The position numbers were made by a program, and so were the translations under genes. Positions 30,653-40,948 of a stretch of 64,000 nucleotides of DNA are shown here, piece by piece (the stretch's first letter is position 1; every line of letters begins with the position of its first letter). Under the pieces are notes generated by a model, which saw only the letters and a program-made list of their open reading frames with translations, did no database searches and had not been told where the DNA came from. This DNA comes from Faecousia sp. (GTDB taxonomy: Bacteria > Bacillota > Clostridia > Oscillospirales > Oscillospiraceae). The DNA lies in contig JAZRRS010000006.1 of assembly GCA_045651005.1 (NCBI GenBank), forward strand, positions 84,366 through 148,365. Direction: 5' to 3'.

Positions 30653-31498
30653 CTAAAGCATTTCATTGCTGTAGCGCAAAAAGCCGTCTCCAAGGATCTG
30701 ATGAGCCTCCTGCACAATGATAAATGCAGACGGGTCTGTCTCAGCCACCAAGCGTTTCAATTCAGCCAGTTGCTGTCTGCGAATGGCTGTCAGCACCACA
30801 TTCAATTCCTGCCCCGAAAAACTGCCCTGTGCGTGCAGGAATGTCGCACCGCGTCCAAGCTCAGAACCGATGGCACGTGCAAGTTCCCTGTGATATTTTG
30901 TAATAACAAGGGCAACGCGGGAATAATCGAATCGGTAGACCACTGCGTCAATTACTCTTCCAGACAGAAAGATGGCAATGGCACTGTATAGCGTTCTGCC
31001 AATATCCTGAAACACAACACCTGTGATCACCGCCACCAGCAGATCAAAACCAATAACAATGGTCCCCAAAGGGACATTGCGATACCGTCGCTTAAGCAAA
31101 CGAACAATAATATCCGAGCCACCGGTAGAACCGCCGGACGCAAACACCGTACCTAATCCAAGACCGCATAGGAGACCTCCATAAAGGCAACCTATAAGCG
31201 GCTCGGTATTTGGCGTTGGCAACAGCGTGAACAGATCAATCAACACAGAGCTGGCAGCTGTGCCCACAAGGGAGCTGTAAAAGAAGTGCTTACCAATCTT
31301 CACACCAGCCAACGCAAATAAAGGCAGATTTAAGATAACCGTATAGAGACCCACAGACCCAAATCCGGTTAAATGCACGAGCGCTACAGACAATCCGGAC
31401 AAGCCACCGGCATTCAAGTCATTGGGTATCAAAAACAAATTGAGCCCAAGACCGAACATAGCCGATCCCATAATTATTTTAACAAAGGACCTTCTCAT
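30653..31498 (-). CDS. YitT family membrane protein
   Basis: GGLSG, GGSTGGSDI, LGRGAT, DPSAFIIV...ILGDGF. Confidence 0.92.
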   Translation of the reverse strand: MRRSFVKIIMGSAMFGLGLNLFLIPNDLNAGGLSGLSVALVHLTGFGSVGLYTVILNLPLFALAGVKIGKHFFYSSLVGTAASSVLIDLFTLLPTPNTEPLIGCLYGGLLCGLGLGTVFASGGSTGGSDIIVRLLKRRYRNVPLGTIVIGFDLLVAVITGVVFQDIGRTLYSAIAIFLSGRVIDAVVYRFDYSRVALVITKYHRELARAIGSELGRGATFLHAQGSFSGQELNVVLTAIRRQQLAELKRLVAETDPSAFIIVQEAHQILGDGFLRYSNEML

Positions 31499-31532
31499 AA
31501 TACCCTCCGTCTGTCCGGCAGGGTATCTCCCC

Positions 31533-33791
31533 TTAGGACTGGATATCTTCGAAGGTTATCTGCTTTTCAGAAGAGTCTTCCTCTTTCAAAAGCGCACCGG
31601 CCGCCGGAATTGCTCTGCAACGGTAGCGGCTTGCATTGACAATGCCGCTTCCCTCCAACAGTTCTACGCGGTCAACAACGGACTTTTTCTTAAGGCTCAT
31701 AGCACTGACACCAATGGTGTTACGTGTGGTCTTAGGCAGCAGCAGTGCCGTAGAAAACACAAGCGCACGACCGTCAGTTGCATAGATGACCACCTGTTCA
31801 TCCTTCTCAAGAGCAACAAGGCCCTTCAGCGGAGACTTTTCGGAATAAGCACCGGTGAGGCGACGACGGTTAGCCTTGGTTTCATAGGCACTCAACGGCA
31901 CTTTCGCCACCTTGCCATTTTCAAAGAAGAACAAAACAAAACCCTTATAGTCACCGGGCAGCACAACGCATACCACATTTTCGCCCGAATCCATACCCAG
32001 CTTCTGAGGCAGATAATCTCCAAGCAGAGATGCCTTTGAGTCCTCAAAATCAGAAAGACGGGACTTGTAGCACTGGAACTGGTCCGTAAAAACAAGGATC
32101 TCTGCCTTGTTATTAGTTTCCCTCGAAAATGCCAGGCTATCCCCTTCTTTGAATTTTTGATCACCAGACATACGAAGACTCTGCTGGGTAATCTTCTTAA
32201 TGTAACCCTGCTTGGACACAAAGAGAGTTACAGGATAATCCGGTGTATCGTCCTCTTCGTCCTCAGACTCTATCGAGGTAGTCTCATAAACGATCTCCGT
32301 TTTACGAGGCTGTCCGTATTTTTTCGACACTTCCTTCAGTTCTGTGATGATCACATTCTTCAGTCTGCGTCTGCTGTTAAGCGTATCCTTCAGATCTGCA
32401 ATCTCTTCTTCCAGGCTATCCACAGCTTTGATCTGCTTCAGAATATATTCTTTATTGATATTGCGCAGCTTGATCTCCGCTACATAGTCTGCCTGGATCT
32501 CATCGATACCAAAACCGATCATCAAGTTAGGAATAACTTCGCTTTCCAACTCCGTCTCACGAATGATGCGAATAGCTTTATCAATATCCAGCAAGATCCG
32601 TTCCAGACCCTTCAACAGGTGCAGCCGCTCCTCTTTCTTGGTGATCTGGAAGTAAATCCTGCGGCGGACACACTCTGTACGCCACGCAGTCCACTCATCG
32701 AGAATCTCACGCACACCCATAACCCGGGGCATACCCGCAATAAGAATATTAAAATTACAGGGGAAGCTGTCCTGCAAAGGCGTCAATCTAAAGAGCTTTT
32801 GCATCAGCTTCTCCGGCTCAACACCACGCTTGATATCAATTGCCAGCTTCAGACCGTTGCGGTCCGATTCGTCACGCATATCATTGATCTCTTTGATCTT
32901 ACCTGCCTTGATCAGCTCCGAGACCTTATCAATAATTACCTCACTGGTGGTGGAATAAGGAATCTCATAGATCTCAATAACATTTTCCTTCTTCTCATAA
33001 CGCCATTTGGCACGAAGCTTAAAGCTGCCTCTTCCGGTATTATAGATCTCACGGGTGGTAGCTTCATCGAAAAGAAGCTCTGCACCGGTGGAAAAATCCG
33101 GTCCGGGCAGTGTTTCCAAAACGTCATGATCGGGATTTTCCATCAGCGCAATGGTCGTCTGACAGATCTCCTGAAGATTAAAGGAACAGATATTGCTTGC
33201 CATACCAACAGCAATGCCCTGATTGGCAGAAACCAACACATTAGGGAAAGTCGTAGGCAGCAGAGACGGCTCTTTTTTGGAACCATCATAATTGTCAACC
33301 ATATCAACCGTGTCGCTGTCAATATCTCGGAATATCTCTTCACACAAGGGTTCCAGCTTTGCTTCCGTGTAACGGGAAGCTGCATAAGCCATATCCCGGG
33401 AATAGACCTTACCAAAGTTACCCTTGGAAGCCACAAATGGGTGCAGCAGCGTCTCGTTACTGCGAGCAAGACGCACCATCGTCTCATAAATGGCCGCATC
33501 ACCATGGGGATTCAGCTGCATAGTCTGACCGACAATATTGGCAGACTTAGTCAGCTTTCCCTTCAGAAGTCCCATTTTGTACATGGTGTACAGCAATTTT
33601 CTGTGGGAAGGCTTGAAGCCGTCGATCTCCGGGATCGCACGGGAGACGATCACAGACATCGCATAGGGCATATAGTTGATCTCCAGCGTTTCGGAGATAG
33701 GCTGCTCTGTGGTAGAACCTACCAGGCCCACCACATTGCTGATATTAATGTCCGGCTTATCTGCACGGGCATCCTTTTTCTTCCTTGCCAT
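31533..33791 (-). CDS. parC: Type IIA topoisomerase subunit A (ParC-like, no GyrA box)
   Basis: YAMSVIVSRAIPEIDGFKPSHR, NPHGD, catalytic ASRYTE, GIAVGMA, PGPDF; no QRRGGKG-like motif seen in the C-terminal domain. Confidence 0.8.
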   Translation of the reverse strand: MARKKKDARADKPDINISNVVGLVGSTTEQPISETLEINYMPYAMSVIVSRAIPEIDGFKPSHRKLLYTMYKMGLLKGKLTKSANIVGQTMQLNPHGDAAIYETMVRLARSNETLLHPFVASKGNFGKVYSRDMAYAASRYTEAKLEPLCEEIFRDIDSDTVDMVDNYDGSKKEPSLLPTTFPNVLVSANQGIAVGMASNICSFNLQEICQTTIALMENPDHDVLETLPGPDFSTGAELLFDEATTREIYNTGRGSFKLRAKWRYEKKENVIEIYEIPYSTTSEVIIDKVSELIKAGKIKEINDMRDESDRNGLKLAIDIKRGVEPEKLMQKLFRLTPLQDSFPCNFNILIAGMPRVMGVREILDEWTAWRTECVRRRIYFQITKKEERLHLLKGLERILLDIDKAIRIIRETELESEVIPNLMIGFGIDEIQADYVAEIKLRNINKEYILKQIKAVDSLEEEIADLKDTLNSRRRLKNVIITELKEVSKKYGQPRKTEIVYETTSIESEDEEDDTPDYPVTLFVSKQGYIKKITQQSLRMSGDQKFKEGDSLAFSRETNNKAEILVFTDQFQCYKSRLSDFEDSKASLLGDYLPQKLGMDSGENVVCVVLPGDYKGFVLFFFENGKVAKVPLSAYETKANRRRLTGAYSEKSPLKGLVALEKDEQVVIYATDGRALVFSTALLLPKTTRNTIGVSAMSLKKKSVVDRVELLEGSGIVNASRYRCRAIPAAGALLKEEDSSEKQITFEDIQS

Positions 33792-33803
33792 AGTAAACCT
33801 CTC

Positions 33804-35792
33804 TTACGAAATGTCTGCCAGTTCCAAATACCTGGAACCGTTCTCTGTAATAAAATTCTTACGCTCTTCCAAGCTATCACCCAGCAGAACATCAAAATAA
33901 CGAGCAGTACGCTCAGCATCCTCCGGCATAACCCTGATGAGCCTTCGGGTTTCGGGGCTCATTGTTGTCATCCACATCATCTCAGGGTCATTCTCACCAA
34001 GACCCTTGGAGCGCTGGATGTTGGACGGTTTATTGCCTTCCAGATCGTCACGAAGAATTCTCACCTTTTCTGCCTCGTTATAAGCAAACCAGGTCTTGTC
34101 TTTATATGTGATCTCAAACAAGGGAGACTCCGCAATATAGACATAACCCTCCCGAATCAGCGTGGGGCAGAGTCTATAAAGCATAGTCAAAATCAAGGTA
34201 CGGATCTGGAATCCATCCACATCAGCATCCGTACAGATAATGACCTTACTCCAGCGGAGATTGGAGATATCAAAGGAGGACAACTCCTTGGTCTTCTTAC
34301 CCTGCAGTTCCACACCGCAGCCCAGCACCTTCATAAGGTCAGTGATAATGGGGGACGCAAAAATCCGGGAATAATCCGCCTTCAAGCAGTTCAATATCTT
34401 TCCACGCACCGGCATAATGCCCTGGAATTCAGAATTTCTTGATTGCTTGACACTGCCCATTGCAGAATCACCCTCAACGATATAAAGCTCACGAATCGAG
34501 GGATCCTTACTGCGGCAATCCACAAACTTCTGCACACGGTTGGCAATATCCACCTTTGCCACAAGGTTTTTCTTAATATCCAGTTTTGTCTTTTCTGCAC
34601 GTTCACGGGCACGCTTGTTGATAAGAATCTGTTCTATTGCCTTATCCGCTTCCTGCTTATGTTCCATAAACCAGATTTGCAGCTGATCCTTCAAAAACTG
34701 GGTCATGGCATCCTGGGTAAATTTGGAATTCACCGCTTTTTTGGTTTGGTTAGAGAAACAGCCAATGGTGGAGAAGCAGTTTGTCACCAGCACAAGAGAG
34801 TCCTGAATGTCCTGGAACGTCACCTTTGCTTCGTTTTTATTATATTTGTTGGTTTCCCTCAAGTACTTATCAAAACCCGCCACAAACGCAATACGAACAG
34901 CACGATCCGGACTACCACCCTCTGTTAACCAGGATGAATTATGATAATATTCCAGATGATTGACACGCTTACTGAAGCAGAAGCAGCTGGTGATCTTCAG
35001 CTTCATTTCTGCTCTGTTTTCTGCATCCTTACCGTGGCGCTCCGCCTCCCAGAAAGCAGGCATGGTAAAGGCGTCATCACCGGTAAGCTCTTCTATATAC
35101 TGAACGATACCATTTTCGTAGCAATAGTCTTCCGTTTCAAACTTTCCGCCAACCTGATTGCGGAAGCGGATGGTAATACCCTTGTTGACCACCGCCTGGC
35201 GGCGCAGAACATCCCGATAGTACTCCACAGGAATATTAATATCCGTAAACACCTCAAGGTCCGGCTTCCAGCGGAAGCAAGAGCCGGTTTTCTTGCGGTC
35301 AGTGGGTTCTTTCTTTAAACCACCCTTATTCCTTCCTTTTTCAAAGTGGAGATCATAACGAAAACCGTCACGACGGATCACCGCATCAAAGTATTCCGAA
35401 GCATACTGAGTAGCACAAGCGCCCAGACCGTTCAATCCCAAAGAGAATTCGTAGCTGGAGCCGCCCTTCTTATACTTACCGCCTGCATACATCTCACAGA
35501 AAACAAGCTCCCAGTTATAACGCTTCTCCTTTTCGTTATAATCCACGGGACAACCACGGCCAAAGTCTTCTACCTCCACAGAGTTGTCCTCATAACGAGT
35601 CACAACGACCATATCACCATGGCCTTCTCTTGCTTCATCAAGAGCGTTGGAAAGGATTTCAAACACAGCGTGCTTACAACCCTCCAGATCATCAGATCCA
35701 AAGATAACACTGGGCAACGTTCTAACACGCTCTTCATCCTTCAGCATCGAAATACTGGAGTTATCATATTGTTGCTGTTTTGCTTTTGCCAT
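33804..35792 (-). CDS. parE: Type IIA topoisomerase subunit B (ParE-like)
   Basis: EILSNALDE, DFGRGCP, AGGKY, VEGDSA, PVRGKILN, TDADVDG, RSKGLGE. Start MAKAK. Confidence 0.8.
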   Translation of the reverse strand: MAKAKQQQYDNSSISMLKDEERVRTLPSVIFGSDDLEGCKHAVFEILSNALDEAREGHGDMVVVTRYEDNSVEVEDFGRGCPVDYNEKEKRYNWELVFCEMYAGGKYKKGGSSYEFSLGLNGLGACATQYASEYFDAVIRRDGFRYDLHFEKGRNKGGLKKEPTDRKKTGSCFRWKPDLEVFTDINIPVEYYRDVLRRQAVVNKGITIRFRNQVGGKFETEDYCYENGIVQYIEELTGDDAFTMPAFWEAERHGKDAENRAEMKLKITSCFCFSKRVNHLEYYHNSSWLTEGGSPDRAVRIAFVAGFDKYLRETNKYNKNEAKVTFQDIQDSLVLVTNCFSTIGCFSNQTKKAVNSKFTQDAMTQFLKDQLQIWFMEHKQEADKAIEQILINKRARERAEKTKLDIKKNLVAKVDIANRVQKFVDCRSKDPSIRELYIVEGDSAMGSVKQSRNSEFQGIMPVRGKILNCLKADYSRIFASPIITDLMKVLGCGVELQGKKTKELSSFDISNLRWSKVIICTDADVDGFQIRTLILTMLYRLCPTLIREGYVYIAESPLFEITYKDKTWFAYNEAEKVRILRDDLEGNKPSNIQRSKGLGENDPEMMWMTTMSPETRRLIRVMPEDAERTARYFDVLLGDSLEERKNFITENGSRYLELADIS

Positions 35793-35896
35793 AATATCAA
35801 CCTGCCAATACTTATCCATAATATATCTACTGTATTATACCCATTTTGTGGAATAAAGTCAACACAAACCACAATATATTGTTCTTTATTAAAAAA

Positions 35897-35928
35897 ACAC
35901 CTTTCCGGAGATCAAACCGGAAAGGTGT
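35897..35928 (-). terminator. Terminator of the SGNH hydrolase gene
   Basis: ACACCTTTCCGG/CCGGAAAGGTGT with a minus-strand T7 tract. Confidence 0.8.
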
Positions 35929-35933
35929 AAATT

Positions 35934-36947
35934 TTATATTTTATCGCGAATCTGTTTCCACAGATTTTCAAAGTATTGAGCAAAGCCTTCATCATTTGGA
36001 TGACAGCCGTAGTCGGCAAAATACGACACGTCGTGGGGCACAAGAGAAAAGCCTTCCACAAGCACCGTATCGGGTCGTGAGGACGCAGCCTTTCGAATTG
36101 CATTTGACACCTCTTCCATAGAAGAGAAGTCTGTTTCCGCATTGAGGTTGCTGCGCCAAATAGGCGTGATCACAATGGTTTTGACATCAGGATACGCTTC
36201 ATTCAAAGCATCAAAGAAGCCTTTCACATCTGCAAAGAACGCTTCCCGTGGATGCTTGCGCCAGTCGTTGGTACCATAAGCAACCACAATATAGTCCGGA
36301 ACAAAAGCATCCCGCAAGGATGGCAGTTCCGGCCAAAAGAATTCGCCACCAATGCCTTTGTTAAATTCCTCCGCACCCAAAGCATCAGAAAGACGAGCAA
36401 TGTAGCGGGAAGATGGATGCATCGAAGCATTCCCGTATGTAATGGAATCTCCCAAAGCCAGAAGTTTCCGGTTCGGTTTTACCGGCACAAGCGTTGCACC
36501 GTCATCCAGTGTAATTTCCTGAAGGTAAGGAAACGCATTCCACGGCAGGTGCACTGTGACCTCTTTCTCCCCACGACCAAGATTGAAGCTGCCGGAAAAC
36601 TCTCCAATAGGGAACTCCAATTTCATATATCGTCTGGGCAGTTCCAAGCCCTCAAAGTTGTTCAAAGAACCAATCATCTTTCCATCAACAAACACATCAA
36701 ATGCCATAAAACTGGCACCGATGTGATCATTTACCAAAAAGCGAAGAAACAGATTGCCGCTGTCCGTTCGAAAACGAAGCTTCACACCGGAGGTAGTCTT
36801 GCTCTTTTTAAAGAACGTTTCAGACCGCTTCTCATAAGCAGCAAGCTGTTCCTGCGTAAAACGGTAAAACTGAACACCTTCTGCCTCCTGTACTACAGAT
36901 ACTGCACCTGTGGTAATCGACTTTATCTGTTGAAGATCCAATTTCAT
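35934..36947 (-). CDS. SGNH/GDSL hydrolase (esterase)
   Basis: GDSITYG, NKGIGG, YGTND, DYGCHPNDEG. Confidence 0.9.
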   Translation of the reverse strand: MKLDLQQIKSITTGAVSVVQEAEGVQFYRFTQEQLAAYEKRSETFFKKSKTTSGVKLRFRTDSGNLFLRFLVNDHIGASFMAFDVFVDGKMIGSLNNFEGLELPRRYMKLEFPIGEFSGSFNLGRGEKEVTVHLPWNAFPYLQEITLDDGATLVPVKPNRKLLALGDSITYGNASMHPSSRYIARLSDALGAEEFNKGIGGEFFWPELPSLRDAFVPDYIVVAYGTNDWRKHPREAFFADVKGFFDALNEAYPDVKTIVITPIWRSNLNAETDFSSMEEVSNAIRKAASSRPDTVLVEGFSLVPHDVSYFADYGCHPNDEGFAQYFENLWKQIRDKI

Positions 36948-37315
36948 ATATAAATCCCCTATTTCTAAGTGCATAAAATGGCGTTTCACGCAAACCTCTT
37001 GCAGTAATTATATCAACATCACGATACTAATTCAATATAAATATAACGCACATACATCAAAAGAAGCTGAATGTTTTGTGTATATCTGTAAATTAACTGT
37101 AAACATCATTTCTTTCAGCTTCCTTTAAGCTAGAAGTCATATTATAATAACCATCACTATGAATAACAAAGGAGAAGTTACCAATGTGCTAATTTCTTCC
37201 ACATCCGGTTTTGGCGGAAGCCGCAGACCGACAATCAAAAACCAATAAGATTGAGAATTTACCAGAAGTCAATGTAAATTCACTTACGTATTTATACAGT
37301 TTCTATCGACTAACG

Positions 37316-37355
37316 AAAAATGCACCCAATCTAACTTAGATTGGGTGCGTTTTTC
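37316..37355. terminator. Bidirectional terminator
   Basis: GAAAAATGCACCCAATCTAA/TTAGATTGGGTGCGTTTTTC. Confidence 0.85.
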
Positions 37356-37441
37356 ATATAGCTTTCTAAAAAGATATAAATGAAATTCAGAAAGTTTGGA
37401 CATTAGCGGACGCACCTTAAAGACGTGCATATCTTCTTATG

Positions 37442-40084
37442 TCATTCAACCAAACCATATTTGACCTTGATTCGATCAAGTTTTTCCAGCATTGGTTCGG
37501 CGGCAACGAGGAGGAAGATCACTGTGGCGGCTGCGTGAACTAAGTCCATAGGCAAACCGGACACATAGTAGGCCATAATCACTTCCCAGTTAAGATTTTG
37601 GGAACTGTACATCAGCGCCGAGGCCGGATTCATAATGCCGCCGTAGATGATAACAGCCGCAAATGCGCCAAAGGTTGCAAGACTGCCACGGCTACGACAA
37701 AGCAGACCTTTACGGAACAGAATGCCAGACAAGAAACCGATAATGCCCATGCTGAACATCTGCCATGGTGTCCACGGACCTTGGGAAAACAGCACATTGG
37801 ATGCAAGCATCGTAACAGCACCTACCAGGAAGCCGCTCTCTCCGCCAAAGGCCACACCGGCGATAATCACCAATGCCATCACCGGTTTGAACTGGGGCAG
37901 CATGAAGAACGCAGACCGTCCGGCTACACCGATGGCGCACAAAACCGCGATCACCACCAGTTCTCTTGCCTTGGGTTTTCGACTCTCGAACACCAAGAAG
38001 AAAGGTAGCATACATTCCGCCAACACCAAAAGGGCAGTAATGTTATAGTGCTGGTTTCCCAAGTACATTATTCCAGCAAATATCGTCACCGGAATACACA
38101 GCACGATCATCACAGCCGCCACCAGGGTGCGTTTACTCAACTTTCGCTGCTTGACCGGGGTTTGCAGCATAGCCGCCGGAGCGCTTCTTCGTCCAATGGA
38201 TGCGATAAAGCCACCCAAAGCCACGATCAGCACCACATATAATTTCAGCTGATCCGCACCGGAAGCGGTCAGACCATCCTTTGTGATCACAGCGGACAGA
38301 TCGGTCATACCGGCAGCACAGAAAAACACCCATAAAGCAATCAGCAGACACACGCCAGCCAGTAGCTTTCTCCACAATGGTAGCGGCTTTGGCTTGAAAT
38401 TTGCAGCTGTTTTCTTCACTGCAGGCAAAGGTGCCGCTTCTGGAATTGACCGTTCTGTAGGTAGTTCTCCGCCACAGCAACCGATGATGTCAGCAACTGT
38501 CACAGCCTGATGAATCAAATGACGAGCCATACGGTTGGCAGGTGTGGTATAGAAGCTATTGCCGGAGAAAAACTCCCGGGGCGCATCCTCTGCCACAATG
38601 CCGCCATCAAAGAACAAGCCGCATTTATGAGCATACTCAGCGCAGAAAGGCACGTCGTGGCTTACCATCAAAATTGTGGTGCCTTGGGCAACCAATCTGC
38701 GAAGGATCAGGGCAAAGGTCACCTTAAACTCTGCGTCAAAACCCTTGGTAGGCTCGTCCAACAAAAGAATATCCGGTGCAGTTAGAAGCACCTTTGCCAA
38801 AGCGGTACGCTGTTGCTCACCACCGGAAATGTCATAGGGATGGCGGTCAAGAAATTCTCGCAGACCGCACAGTTCCACGATTCGGGCAACCTCTGCATCC
38901 TGCTGCTCCTTGGGAATCTTCTCACCACGGAACACCTCATACAGATCTTCACGGACAGTTCTTTTGATAAATAAGGTTTGGGGATTCTGCGGCAAGTGTC
39001 CCAGCTTACCTTGCAGTCGCACATCACCCCGATAGGCAAAGCACAAACCAGAGATTACTTTTAAAGTAGTGGACTTGCCGGCACCGTTGCCGCCCAGGAT
39101 GGCATAGAACTCGCCCTTGCGAAGTTTCAAAGAAAAGCCTTTGACTACGTCCGGGGAGTCTTTCTCATAGCGGAACCACAGATTCTCACATTCCAAGGCT
39201 GTTTCTTCCGGATATGTCGGGGGATCTTTTTCTGTCAGAGGTAGCAATGCTTCCTCTTCTACTCGCTGAGAGAGAAAGCTACTACCATCACGGACGGTCA
39301 TAGGACAATCCAGCTTCGTTTCCACCGCTGCCCAAACTCGCATAGCGGTGGGCATAGCAAGGAACATTCCACTGCCCTTATCCTTAAGTTGCAGACCTAC
39401 ATTCTCCGGCTTGTCATCGCAGACGATCGCACCTTCGTCCATCACAATGACGCGGGTAGCAAAAGGAAAAGCTTCCTCCAAACGATGCTCCGTCAGGATA
39501 ATGGTTGTACCCAGTTCCCGGTTCATCTTGCCCAACAGCGCTAAAAAGTCAGCGGCGGCAATGGGGTCAAGCTGTGCGGTAGGCTCATCCAGCACAAGCA
39601 CACCCGGTTGCATAGCCATCACGGAAGCAAGGCTCAAAAGCTGCTTCTGTCCACCGGACAGTTCAGTAATATCCTTATAAAACCAGTTCTCAATGCCAAA
39701 GAAGGCCGCAATTTCCGCCACACGGCGTCGAATGGTAGGTGTATCGTCCCCCAAGCTTTCCAAACCAAAGGCCAACTCGTGCCACACCTTGTCGGTGACC
39801 ACTTGATTCTCCGGGGATTGCAGCACATAGCCGATTCTTTCTGCCTGCTCCCTTTGGGAGAGTTCGGACAAGAGTGTGCCTTGATAGCGGATCTCACCGG
39901 AGAATAAGCCGTGGGGTGTCAAGCAGGATTTCAAGTGTCGCAGAAGTGTAGATTTACCGCAGCCGGAAGGACCACAAAGAATCACAAACTCGCCTTGCCG
40001 AACCGTAAAGGATATATGGGAAAGGGCCTTCTTTTCGCCCTCCGGGTATGTAAAATCTACATTTTTGAATGAATAGCTTTCCAT
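37442..40084 (-). CDS. ECF transporter fusion: duplicated ATPase (A-A') plus a C-terminal CbrT-like S component
   Basis: Two Walker A motifs (GPSGCGKS, GGNGAGKS), LSGGQ/ISGGE, two DEPT motifs; C-terminal ARELVVIAVLCAIGVAGR...FKPV...GPWTPWQM S-component signature. Confidence 0.9.
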   Translation of the reverse strand: MESYSFKNVDFTYPEGEKKALSHISFTVRQGEFVILCGPSGCGKSTLLRHLKSCLTPHGLFSGEIRYQGTLLSELSQREQAERIGYVLQSPENQVVTDKVWHELAFGLESLGDDTPTIRRRVAEIAAFFGIENWFYKDITELSGGQKQLLSLASVMAMQPGVLVLDEPTAQLDPIAAADFLALLGKMNRELGTTIILTEHRLEEAFPFATRVIVMDEGAIVCDDKPENVGLQLKDKGSGMFLAMPTAMRVWAAVETKLDCPMTVRDGSSFLSQRVEEEALLPLTEKDPPTYPEETALECENLWFRYEKDSPDVVKGFSLKLRKGEFYAILGGNGAGKSTTLKVISGLCFAYRGDVRLQGKLGHLPQNPQTLFIKRTVREDLYEVFRGEKIPKEQQDAEVARIVELCGLREFLDRHPYDISGGEQQRTALAKVLLTAPDILLLDEPTKGFDAEFKVTFALILRRLVAQGTTILMVSHDVPFCAEYAHKCGLFFDGGIVAEDAPREFFSGNSFYTTPANRMARHLIHQAVTVADIIGCCGGELPTERSIPEAAPLPAVKKTAANFKPKPLPLWRKLLAGVCLLIALWVFFCAAGMTDLSAVITKDGLTASGADQLKLYVVLIVALGGFIASIGRRSAPAAMLQTPVKQRKLSKRTLVAAVMIVLCIPVTIFAGIMYLGNQHYNITALLVLAECMLPFFLVFESRKPKARELVVIAVLCAIGVAGRSAFFMLPQFKPVMALVIIAGVAFGGESGFLVGAVTMLASNVLFSQGPWTPWQMFSMGIIGFLSGILFRKGLLCRSRGSLATFGAFAAVIIYGGIMNPASALMYSSQNLNWEVIMAYYVSGLPMDLVHAAATVIFLLVAAEPMLEKLDRIKVKYGLVE

Positions 40085-40947
40085 TTTCTCTCCTCTGCCC
40101 AGTTCAGCACTACGGGCATCAAACCAAGAATCAAATACACAAACTGAAAAGAAAGGGTCACGGCATTCAAACCGATATAGCGGATACTGGGAAAATACCG
40201 GAAGCCGAAGGCAGAAACCATGCTGCCTGTCAGCAGGTAAAAACCGCAGAAACCTAAATAGAGCAATGCCATTTTATCCCGATCATCAAAGCGGTAAATG
40301 GAGAAGACCGTGCGTCCCTTCAGACCATAGCCACGGCTTTTCATACTGTCGGCGGTCTCGATGGCATTTTCCAGCGCCCAAGTGACCATAATGGACAGTA
40401 CCGTAATAGCAACCTTTGTGCGGTGCCAGGCAGACCCTTCCGAAATATCTCTGCCGATGCTTTTTTGTGCATCGGTAACCGCTTGCAGCTGCGTTCTGAA
40501 TTTGGGAATAAAACGCAAGGTCATACTCAGCACCAGTGACATTGCGGGAATGATGCGGCCAAACAGATAAATAAACTTATCCGATGTGATCACCCTGTTG
40601 AAATTTTTGAACCACAGTAGCACGGTAGCCAGCATCGTACCTGCGGATAGTCCGTACAGGAGGCTCTCCAATGTCAGCGGATTACCGCTTGGAAAATACA
40701 TCAGGATCGTCATACCCTCATGGCTGAATGCCGGGTTAATAAATGCCGTCAGCAAAAAAATCGGCAAACACCATTTTAAGCTAAAGAGCGCCGCCTTTGT
40801 TCCCTCCGTCTGCACCGCATAAGTAAGCGCACAAACAAAGGATATGCCCTGTGTCAAAGGGTGATTCAGCGCCATAGAAAAGCCGATCACCAAGGTAAAA
40901 TATAGAAAGTTTACCAAGGGATGGTATTTAGCAAAACGATCTAGCAT
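40057..40947 (-). CDS. ECF transporter transmembrane T component
   Basis: YHPLVNFLYF, SMTLRFIP, ADSMKSRGYG. Confidence 0.9.
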   Translation of the reverse strand: MLDRFAKYHPLVNFLYFTLVIGFSMALNHPLTQGISFVCALTYAVQTEGTKAALFSLKWCLPIFLLTAFINPAFSHEGMTILMYFPSGNPLTLESLLYGLSAGTMLATVLLWFKNFNRVITSDKFIYLFGRIIPAMSLVLSMTLRFIPKFRTQLQAVTDAQKSIGRDISEGSAWHRTKVAITVLSIMVTWALENAIETADSMKSRGYGLKGRTVFSIYRFDDRDKMALLYLGFCGFYLLTGSMVSAFGFRYFPSIRYIGLNAVTLSFQFVYLILGLMPVVLNWAEERKWKAIHSKM

Positions 40948-40948
40948 T

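Noticed and set aside
32157-34442. 761-aa plus-strand ORF
   Set aside because: Antisense shadow of the topoisomerase genes; no motifs or RBS.
31533-35792. Canonical gyrB-gyrA
   Set aside because: No GyrA box, divergent motifs, and no dnaA/recF context.
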